Source: a virus. Taken from it: DNA of 64,000 nucleotides. The stretch covers positions 1 through 64,000 of the IMG/VR virus record IMGVR_UViG_3300025276_004419; one strand, given 5' to 3'. Positions 29,731-37,826 of this stretch are shown in pieces. The notes under the pieces are model-generated. The model did no database searches and was not told the DNA's origin. It saw only the letters and a list, made by a program, of their open reading frames with translations. Position numbers and translations under genes: made by a program. Within the stretch, counting starts at the first letter, position 1; every line of letters begins with the position of its first letter.

Positions 29731-32700
29731 ATGGCTGACAATGTTCAAATAATCCCCTCCACTGGAGAATTAACTTTTAGTAAGGATGGTGTAGGGTATA
29801 ATTGGGAATTAGTTTATGATAACGCATTGTTAACATGGTCTGATACCCAAGCAGGTGTAATTGCTCTACAATTCTCTAGCGATTCAATGCTAATGGGGGG
29901 TTCCACAGGGTTATTTATAATACCTACCCTCCCTACAACCAGTATAGGAACATTAACTGAAGGTCAAATAGTTTTTAATACTACGACTAAAAGTTTAATA
30001 GTAGGGGGATCAAATGGTAATGTAAGTTTACAAGGTCAACCCGGTGCTACAGGTAATCAAGGTGCTATTGGTCCAATTGGTCCAAACGCACCAACAGGTC
30101 CAATTGGTCCTAAAGGTGTAACTGGTGCTATCGGTCCTATTGGTTTAATAGGCCCAGAAGGTTTAATTGGTAATAAAGGCCCAAATTCACCTGCAGGTCC
30201 TATTGGTCCTAGAGGTCCAGGTGGTGTAATTGGTCCTAATGGACCTGAGGGTTTAATAGGAAATAAAGGACAAAAAGGTAGTAATTCTCCAATAGGTGCT
30301 ATTGGCCCTAAAGGTATTATAGGTGCTATTGGGAACATAGGTAATATAGGCCCTGGTGGTTTAATAGGTGCTAAAGGTCCTATTGGTGTTATAGGCGCTA
30401 TAGGTCCTAAGGGTATAACAGGTGTTATTGGTAATATAGGTCCTGAAGGTTTAATAGGTAATAGAGGTCCAATCGGTCCTGATTCTCCAATAGGTCCAAT
30501 TGGTCCTAAAGGAGTAACAGGTGTAATTGGACCACAAGGTCCTATTGGTCCAAGAGGTGTAATAGGTGCTATTGGTCCTAATTCCCCAATAGGTCCAATT
30601 GGTCCTAAAGGTATAACTGGTATTATTGGACCACAAGGTCCTATAGGACCAAGAGGTGTAATAGGTGCTATTGGTCCTAATTCTCCAATAGGTCCAATTG
30701 GTCCTAAGGGTGTAACTGGTGCTATTGGAAATAATGGTCCTATTGGTCCTAGAGGTCCAGGTGGTGCTATTGGTCCTAACTCACCAATAGGTCCAATCGG
30801 TCCTAGAGGTCCAGGAGGATCTATTGGCCCCATTGGTTTAATAGGACCAGAAGGTTTAATAGGTGCTAAAGGTCCTATTGGTGTTATAGGTGCTATAGGT
30901 CCAAAAGGTATAACAGGTGCAATTGGACCACAAGGTCCTGAAGGTTTAATAGGTTTAATAGGTGCTAAAGGTCCTATCGCAATAACAGGCCCAATTGGCC
31001 CTAAAGGCGTTACTGGCGCTATAGGTCCACAAGGTCCTGAAGGTTTAATAGGTTTAATAGGTGCTAAAGGCCCTATCGCTATAACGGGTCCTATTGGTCC
31101 TAAAGGTGTAACAGGTGCAATTGGACCACAAGGTCCTGAAGGTTTAATTGGTAACCAAGGTGCTAAAGGTCCTAATGCTGTAACAGGCCCAATAGGTCCT
31201 AAAGGTATAACAGGTCCTAGAGGACCTCAAGGTCCTGAAGGTTTAATTGGTAACCAAGGTGCTAAAGGCCCCATAGCTATAACAGGCCCAATCGGTCCTA
31301 GAGGTCCGGGTGGTAGTATAGGTCCTATTGGTCCCGAAGGTTTAATAGGTGCCAAAGGTCCTAACGCTATAGTTGGTCCTATAGGTCCTAAAGGTGTAAC
31401 AGGTGCAATAGGTCCACAAGGTCCTGAAGGTTTAATAGGTAACAGAGGACCCGTAGCTATAACAGGTCCAATTGGTCCTAAAGGAGTAGAAGGTTCTAGA
31501 GGGCCTCAAGGTCCCGAAGGTTTAATTGGTAACCAAGGTGCTAAGGGTCCTATCGCTATAACAGGTCCAATTGGTCCTAAAGGTGTAACAGGTGCAATAG
31601 GTCCACAAGGTCCTGAAGGTTTAATAGGTAATAGAGGTCCAGTAGCTGTAATAGGTCCAATTGGTCCTAAAGGTATAACAGGTCCTAGAGGTCCACAGGG
31701 TCCCGAAGGTTTAATTGGTAACCAAGGTGCTAAGGGTCCTATCGCTATAACAGGTCCAATTGGTCCTAAAGGTGTAACAGGTGCTATTGGGCCTCAAGGT
31801 CCTGAAGGTTTAATTGGTAACCAAGGTGCTAAAGGTCCTAATGCTGTAACAGGTCCTAGGGGTCCTATAGGTAATATAGGCCCAGAAGGTTTAATAGGCC
31901 CCCAAGGTCCTATAGGTCCTCGTGGTATAACAGGTGCTACAGGTGCTATAGGTGCTATTGGTCCTATTGGTCCACAGGGACCAGAAGGTTTAATAGGTAA
32001 CAGAGGTCCAAATGGTAATCAAGGTCCTATAGGCCCAACAGCTCCTATTGGTGCTATAGGTCCACTAGGTCCACAAGGTCCTGAAGGTCTAATAGGTGCT
32101 AGAGGTCCAAATGGTAATCAAGGTCCTATAGGCCCAACAGCTCCTATTGGTGCTATAGGTCCTAGAGGTTCTAGAGGTCCCGAAGGTTTAATAGGTCCTA
32201 TAGGTCCTGGTGGTAATCAAGGTCCTATAGGTCCCATTGGTGCTATAGGTGCTAGAGGTCCTATTGGACCACAAGGTCCTGAGGGTTTAATAGGTCCTAT
32301 AGGTCCTGGTGGTAATCAAGGTCCTATAGGTCCCATTGGTGCTATAGGTGCTAGAGGTCCTATTGGACCACAAGGTCCTGAGGGTTTAATAGGTCCTAGA
32401 GGTCCTGGTGGTAACCAAGGTCCTATAGGACCTATTGGTGCTACAGGTCCTGAAGGTTTAATAGGTCCTAAAGGAAATACTGGAGCTCAAGGTCCACAAG
32501 GTCCTGAAGGTCCTAGAGGTCCTATCGGAGCAACAGCCCCTATTGGTGCTATAGGTCCAGAGGGTTTAATAGGTCCTAAAGGTGCTAGAGGCCCAGAGGG
32601 TCTCATAGGTCCTAGAGGTCCAATTGGTCCTAAAGGTAATACAGGTGCAATAGGTCCAAAAGGTCCTGAAGGTCCTATTGGACCAAAAGGTTCTAGAGGT

Positions 32701-33855
32701 CCAATAGGTAACAAAGGCCCTATTGGTGCCACAGGCCCTATTGGTAGAGAAGGTTTAATAGGTAATAAAGGTGCTAAAGGTCAAAAAGGTCAACCTCGTG
32801 ATTTTGATGGTCCTATAGGTCCTATTGGTCTTAAAGGACCCACTGGTGCTATTGGTGCTATTGGACCACAAGGTCCTATTGGTCCTGCCCGAAATAGCAG
32901 TGCTGCTCCAATAGGTCCTGAAGGTCCTAGAGGTCCTATAGGTGCTACTGGAGCTAATGCTACACCAGCAGGAATTGCTGGTAACCCGGTTATAGATACT
33001 ATTGAAGATGGTGCTGGTTATACCTGGAATCTTGAATTTGTTGATGGATATCTTACAAAAGCGGATCCAGCTTATGAAAACTATCGTTATTATAGTAATG
33101 ATGGTGTTAATGATTATGTAACTGGTGCTTGGAGTGGCCAAACAGGATTAGTTCAAAATGATTGGAGTTTTAGCTTCTGGGTTAGAAATAATGAAGTTGA
33201 TAAAAATAATATGACATTTTGGGATTTTTGTGTTGACCCTGTAGGTTCAGCAAATAATAATAATAGAATATTTTTAAATTATGCTGCTAATTTTAATAGA
33301 TTAATATTTAGAGTTAGAACTAATTCTACAAACTTTGATTGTAATTATGCTTTAAATAGTGGAGGAAGTAATGGTACTATAACAGGTGTAACAAATACTA
33401 CTTCAGGATGGAGAGCAGCCCAAAGGGGTAATACAAATGCTGCAGGTTTTACTCACTTAGCAGGTACTTATGATGCTTCTGAAACAGTAGCTAGCAATGC
33501 ACTTAAATTATATTGGAATGGTTCCTCACTAACTACAGTTACTGTAAATTCAGGTACCCGTACTAATGGGACTTATGATAATTTGACATTATGTACCAAC
33601 ACATCAGGTGTTACAGGTACAGCAAATGCACATATAGACATGGATGAGTTTACTTGGTTTGATAAATCCTTAAGTTCAACAGAAGTAGGAGCCTTATACG
33701 CTAGTGGAGTAATTAAAGCAGCTAAAGAAAGTGGAAATACGGGTGTGGTAAATGCTATAGAGGAAGCAGCTAGTTTTGACCAAAATACCTCAGCTACTGT
33801 TAAAAATGCTAAATGGTCTGCTTCTATTATAGGAGGTACTACTCCAGCATACTAA
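29731..33855 (+). CDS. Pro/Ile-rich collagen-like fibre protein B with C-terminal LamG/ConA-like domain
   Basis: About 985 aa of Gly-X-Y, then WSFSFWV...HLAGTYD...LYWNG...DEFTWFDKSLS..EV..LY (LamG-like). Confidence 0.85.
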   Translation: MADNVQIIPSTGELTFSKDGVGYNWELVYDNALLTWSDTQAGVIALQFSSDSMLMGGSTGLFIIPTLPTTSIGTLTEGQIVFNTTTKSLIVGGSNGNVSLQGQPGATGNQGAIGPIGPNAPTGPIGPKGVTGAIGPIGLIGPEGLIGNKGPNSPAGPIGPRGPGGVIGPNGPEGLIGNKGQKGSNSPIGAIGPKGIIGAIGNIGNIGPGGLIGAKGPIGVIGAIGPKGITGVIGNIGPEGLIGNRGPIGPDSPIGPIGPKGVTGVIGPQGPIGPRGVIGAIGPNSPIGPIGPKGITGIIGPQGPIGPRGVIGAIGPNSPIGPIGPKGVTGAIGNNGPIGPRGPGGAIGPNSPIGPIGPRGPGGSIGPIGLIGPEGLIGAKGPIGVIGAIGPKGITGAIGPQGPEGLIGLIGAKGPIAITGPIGPKGVTGAIGPQGPEGLIGLIGAKGPIAITGPIGPKGVTGAIGPQGPEGLIGNQGAKGPNAVTGPIGPKGITGPRGPQGPEGLIGNQGAKGPIAITGPIGPRGPGGSIGPIGPEGLIGAKGPNAIVGPIGPKGVTGAIGPQGPEGLIGNRGPVAITGPIGPKGVEGSRGPQGPEGLIGNQGAKGPIAITGPIGPKGVTGAIGPQGPEGLIGNRGPVAVIGPIGPKGITGPRGPQGPEGLIGNQGAKGPIAITGPIGPKGVTGAIGPQGPEGLIGNQGAKGPNAVTGPRGPIGNIGPEGLIGPQGPIGPRGITGATGAIGAIGPIGPQGPEGLIGNRGPNGNQGPIGPTAPIGAIGPLGPQGPEGLIGARGPNGNQGPIGPTAPIGAIGPRGSRGPEGLIGPIGPGGNQGPIGPIGAIGARGPIGPQGPEGLIGPIGPGGNQGPIGPIGAIGARGPIGPQGPEGLIGPRGPGGNQGPIGPIGATGPEGLIGPKGNTGAQGPQGPEGPRGPIGATAPIGAIGPEGLIGPKGARGPEGLIGPRGPIGPKGNTGAIGPKGPEGPIGPKGSRGPIGNKGPIGATGPIGREGLIGNKGAKGQKGQPRDFDGPIGPIGLKGPTGAIGAIGPQGPIGPARNSSAAPIGPEGPRGPIGATGANATPAGIAGNPVIDTIEDGAGYTWNLEFVDGYLTKADPAYENYRYYSNDGVNDYVTGAWSGQTGLVQNDWSFSFWVRNNEVDKNNMTFWDFCVDPVGSANNNNRIFLNYAANFNRLIFRVRTNSTNFDCNYALNSGGSNGTITGVTNTTSGWRAAQRGNTNAAGFTHLAGTYDASETVASNALKLYWNGSSLTTVTVNSGTRTNGTYDNLTLCTNTSGVTGTANAHIDMDEFTWFDKSLSSTEVGALYASGVIKAAKESGNTGVVNAIEEAASFDQNTSATVKNAKWSASIIGGTTPAY
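30034..32988 (+). repeat. coding collagen repeats
   Basis: GPI/GPK/GPE/GLI triplets. Confidence 0.9.
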
Positions 33856-33865
33856 AATTTAAACT

Positions 33866-34108
33866 ATGAATACTAAATATTATTTAATAGAAGCCTCAGA
33901 ATATCCAAATTATGAAAATTCTTTGGATCAAGGAGTTGCTTGGAAATTAGATAGGAGTCAATGCCTCATAGAAGTAGCAGTTGATTTTACAGTTTACCCT
34001 TATGTAAATAGTTGGGATAATTCAGGAGATTTTAAACTCTGGAGAAATCAAGATGCAAATTGGCCTGATTGGGAAACACAGGAACAACACGATGGTGAGT
34101 ATAATTAA
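33866..34108 (+). CDS. hypothetical protein
   Basis: 80-aa ORF between the fibre and modification genes. Confidence 0.5.
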   Translation: MNTKYYLIEASEYPNYENSLDQGVAWKLDRSQCLIEVAVDFTVYPYVNSWDNSGDFKLWRNQDANWPDWETQEQHDGEYN

Positions 34109-34124
34109 AGATTAAAAATTTGTT

Positions 34125-36455
34125 ATGAAATTAGTTATATATGCGGGGTATTATTCCCCACCCTACTCACCTGAAACTATAGATGAAACTGGTTTAGGAG
34201 GTACAGAACAATGTATTATAAATTTAGCTAAAACCCTTAAATCCCAAAATCCAATTTGGGATATTTGGGTCGTTGGTGGAGTGGTTTATGGAGATTACGA
34301 TGGTATAATGTATAGACCTACACAAGACTTTAAAAATGAAGTAAAATCTGTAGATACTATTATTGGGGTTTCGTACATTCATTACATTAAAGAATTTGAG
34401 GGTATCGATTATACCGACTCAATACTTTGGGTGCATAATACCGAATATTATACGTGGTGGAATGGCCAAGATATTGCCAACCATCGTGAACTTTTATTAG
34501 ATTCTAAATTAAAATCTATAATTTGCTTAACAGAATGGCATAAAAACATATTTATAGAACAATTCCCAGAAACCAAAGATAAAATTCAAGTTATAGGTAA
34601 TGGAGTAGATACTTCTAAATTCCAGATAGGAGATAAAAACCCAAATCAATACATTTATACTTCACACGCTGAACGAGGTTTAAGTCAAATACTAACAGAA
34701 TGGGATAGTATTTTATTCAAAAATCCCCTTGCGGAATTAAAAATATCTACTCCTCAATATGGTTTAGAATATTTTAATCTTTATTACAGAGATTTAGTAG
34801 ATAACTTGGATAACGTAGAATTCCTTGGTACATTACCGCAACATGAGCTATATAAACTAATGGCCCAAAGTACTTATTGGTATTATCCTTCATCATATCA
34901 GGAAACCTTTTGTATTACGGCTTTAGAAATGTTAGGTCATGGGGTTCAACCTATTACTTGGGAATGGGGAGGATTAAAGGAAACATTAAACAATTTTAAT
35001 ACCCTAAATAAGGACGAATTCCTAGATTGGGAAGAAGTAAATCAATACCTAAATCAATGTAGTTGGAAATCCAGAGTAAATAACCACTGGGTCCCATTAC
35101 TAACAAATACAAGTATGAAATTAGAAACATTTTATGTTTTAGCTCTAAATGAGACAGCCGAAATTAGAGAAAAATGCGAAAACTTACACTTACCATCCAA
35201 AACCCCTTATTGGATTAAACCTGGGTTCGATGCTCGTAAAATGGAGCAAGAAGATTGGGATAAATTTGGTGTAGATAAACACCCACGTTGGAATATTGAA
35301 GGTAGTAATCCTTGGTGGAAACGTGATGTAATGGAAGGTGAATTAGGTTGTGGCTTATCTCATGTAGATGCTTGGGTAGATTCATATCGTAGAGGATTAG
35401 AAGTAACACTAATTTTAGAAGAGGATTTTCACGAAGAAATGCCTGTAGATTGGAAACAAATTGATAAATTGTTTAAAAAAGGTTATGACCTTATTTATTT
35501 AGGACGTAATGCTTTAGAGGCAGCACTAGAAAAACCAATTAAAGATGTTAAAGGTTGGGTTGAACCCGATTACACATATAATTCTCACGCATATATCTTA
35601 TCTAAAAGGGGTGTACAAATTTTAGTAGAAGAGTATATGGAGCAATACAAGAAAGAAATGTTTGCTTTTGATGAATTTCTTACTCTTACTTTTGGTATGA
35701 CCCATCGTCAGGATATCCTTCAAGAATATGAGGGTAAAACTCGATTAAAAGCAGCAGCCCCTATTCGAGACCACTATATACAAAAAGATAGCCCAGGATC
35801 AACATTTTATATTAAACCAACCCAACCATCCTTTGGGGACTTGCTGGGAAAGCCACCCGGAGTTAGAGATAGCTCCAATTGGGAAATATGGTGTCAAAAA
35901 TATATTAACCCATTTTTACTTAAGGGTCAAAGTAGGTTAATGATAGATGAAATAGCACCTAATGTCATAGAATTCCCTTTATTTACAGAAGAATTTTGTA
36001 AAGAAGTTATAAGTTTAGCAGAAGATAAAGAATGGGTTACGGATAGACATGAGTTTTACCCTACAACAGACCAAACTATGGAAAGTTTAGGAATGCAAGA
36101 TATTTATCAAAGAGTATTAGAACAATTTGTATATCCTATATGGATACAATTTTGGGAACTTACAGGTGAACCTTGGAAAACGTTAACGAGCGAAAATTTT
36201 ATAGCTAAGTATAATACCAAAAATCAAGGTAGTTTAGACTTGCATCACGACAGCTCTGCCATTACATTAAATGTAAGATTAAATAATGAATTTAAAGGTG
36301 GGGGTACATTCCTACCAAAATACAAAACTACAGTCCAACCACGTAAAACTGGGTATGCTATGGCACACCCGGGAAATATAACTCATTTACACGGGGGTAG
36401 ACCAGTAGAAACAGGAACACGTTATATATTAGTATCATTTACAGCAAACAATTAA
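34125..36455 (+). CDS. three-domain fusion: GT4-like glycosyltransferase + GT25 (COLGALT-like) + PLOD-like 2OG-Fe(II) lysyl hydroxylase
   Basis: aa1-325 GT-B (GLGGTE, YTS..ERGL, YPSSYQETFCITALE). From aa331: GELGCGLSH, LILEED, DLIYLGR, EPDYTYNSHAYILS. From aa586: FPLFTE..C, PTTD, HHDSS.ITLN, GGGT, HPG..THLHGG.P...GTRYILVSF. Confidence 0.85.
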   Translation: MKLVIYAGYYSPPYSPETIDETGLGGTEQCIINLAKTLKSQNPIWDIWVVGGVVYGDYDGIMYRPTQDFKNEVKSVDTIIGVSYIHYIKEFEGIDYTDSILWVHNTEYYTWWNGQDIANHRELLLDSKLKSIICLTEWHKNIFIEQFPETKDKIQVIGNGVDTSKFQIGDKNPNQYIYTSHAERGLSQILTEWDSILFKNPLAELKISTPQYGLEYFNLYYRDLVDNLDNVEFLGTLPQHELYKLMAQSTYWYYPSSYQETFCITALEMLGHGVQPITWEWGGLKETLNNFNTLNKDEFLDWEEVNQYLNQCSWKSRVNNHWVPLLTNTSMKLETFYVLALNETAEIREKCENLHLPSKTPYWIKPGFDARKMEQEDWDKFGVDKHPRWNIEGSNPWWKRDVMEGELGCGLSHVDAWVDSYRRGLEVTLILEEDFHEEMPVDWKQIDKLFKKGYDLIYLGRNALEAALEKPIKDVKGWVEPDYTYNSHAYILSKRGVQILVEEYMEQYKKEMFAFDEFLTLTFGMTHRQDILQEYEGKTRLKAAAPIRDHYIQKDSPGSTFYIKPTQPSFGDLLGKPPGVRDSSNWEIWCQKYINPFLLKGQSRLMIDEIAPNVIEFPLFTEEFCKEVISLAEDKEWVTDRHEFYPTTDQTMESLGMQDIYQRVLEQFVYPIWIQFWELTGEPWKTLTSENFIAKYNTKNQGSLDLHHDSSAITLNVRLNNEFKGGGTFLPKYKTTVQPRKTGYAMAHPGNITHLHGGRPVETGTRYILVSFTANN

Positions 36456-36459
36456 AAAC

Positions 36460-37074
36460 ATGAACACACTTTATTCATTTCCACTAGACTTTGACAAATA
36501 TGTTAATCAAAGCAATTATTATTGGTTTGAGGAAGGTTTTACAGCCGAAGAACTAAAAACCCTCGAACAACAAGTACAAGAAATTCCATCACAAGCTGGT
36601 GTAACAGAAACCGGTAATCAAGCTGATGGTGAGGGTTTAGAATCACGTAATTCTACGATTAAATGGGTTCCATTTAGTGAAGAGACTAAGTGGATCTACG
36701 ACAAAATTGGTATGTTAGCCAAAACTGCTAATGATGAGATGTTCCATTTTGATATCCACAATATGCCAGAAAATATCCAGTACACTGAGTATTATGGTAC
36801 TAATAAAGGTCATTATGATTGGCATATGGATATTGGTACTGAAGGACATATGAAATTTCGTAAAATATCAGTTACAGTACAACTTTCAGATTCTACCGAA
36901 TATGAAGGTGGAGATCTACAGATCTGGCCTGGTGGTCAAGCACCTTATACTGCTCCACGTGGTAAAGGTAATGTTGTAATTTTCCCATCTTATCTGATGC
37001 ATCGTGTTACACCTGTAACCGAGGGTACTAGAAAATCATTTGTATTATGGTTAGGTGGTGGTCATTTTAAATAA
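36460..37074 (+). CDS. 2OG-Fe(II) oxygenase (P4Hc/PKHD-like)
   Basis: HYDWHMD, RKISVTVQLSD..EYEGGDL, IFPSYLMHRVTPVT.GTRKS. Confidence 0.88.
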   Translation: MNTLYSFPLDFDKYVNQSNYYWFEEGFTAEELKTLEQQVQEIPSQAGVTETGNQADGEGLESRNSTIKWVPFSEETKWIYDKIGMLAKTANDEMFHFDIHNMPENIQYTEYYGTNKGHYDWHMDIGTEGHMKFRKISVTVQLSDSTEYEGGDLQIWPGGQAPYTAPRGKGNVVIFPSYLMHRVTPVTEGTRKSFVLWLGGGHFK

Positions 37075-37823
37075 TGAAAATAGCATTATTAATTAGTGGT
37101 CAACCACGTAGACATAGAGAAGGCTATCAAGAATTAAAAAAATGGTTTCTAGATAAGTATGATATAGATGTTTATTTACACGCTTGGAAAGATACCGAAT
37201 TCAAGAAATATGATTTTTTTAATGAAGGCAAGGTGCAAAAAACCTATGAAGTTAATGATGATTTATATCAAAATTTACTTGATTGGTATCAACCTAAAGG
37301 CTTTTTATTTGAACCATCAATCCAATTCGATGCTTCGGGTTTAAAAGGTCCTAATAACCAACGACTAAACTCCCAAATGGGTATGTGGATGTCTACATAC
37401 AGGTCATTTCAGTTATGTGAGGAATCAGGTATAAAATACGATTTAGTATTTAAAACTCGCTATGATTTACTATTTACACACTATGCTGCGAATAACTGTG
37501 ATTTATTAACAAATATTACACAATTAGATCCTGATAGATTACATTTTTGGGAATACGCCCCACATTGGAATATGGATTGGCAAATCAACGACCAGTTAGC
37601 AATAGGTAAACCAGAATTAGTAAAACAATATTGTAGCGTGTTCCCTGAAATGCTTTTTAATATATTTCACAACCCAGAATATCGAGATAATAATGATGAT
37701 ATTTTTATAAATGAAACTTTAGTACTACAACACATTAAAAATTTAAATATCCCATTATCACCTATGTATCATGGATTTGATGGTTCTCGAGGTATAGATT
37801 GTGGGTGTCATATAATGAGATAA
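37074..37823 (+). CDS. putative glycosyltransferase/glyco-cluster protein
   Basis: MKIALLISGQPR, YDLVFKTRYD, NDQLAIG; pattern typical of viral glycosylation clusters. Confidence 0.5.
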   Translation: MKIALLISGQPRRHREGYQELKKWFLDKYDIDVYLHAWKDTEFKKYDFFNEGKVQKTYEVNDDLYQNLLDWYQPKGFLFEPSIQFDASGLKGPNNQRLNSQMGMWMSTYRSFQLCEESGIKYDLVFKTRYDLLFTHYAANNCDLLTNITQLDPDRLHFWEYAPHWNMDWQINDQLAIGKPELVKQYCSVFPEMLFNIFHNPEYRDNNDDIFINETLVLQHIKNLNIPLSPMYHGFDGSRGIDCGCHIMR

Positions 37824-37826
37824 TAA

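Noticed and set aside
20776-32732. Long minus-strand ORFs (20776-21870, 24624-25907, 26460-27191, 27216-28964, 30057-30833, 32487-32732) rich in Pro/Glu/Val or GPI
   Set aside because: They are antisense shadows of GGN/TCA/CCN repeat codons that happen to lack stops; no leaders and no unique domains.
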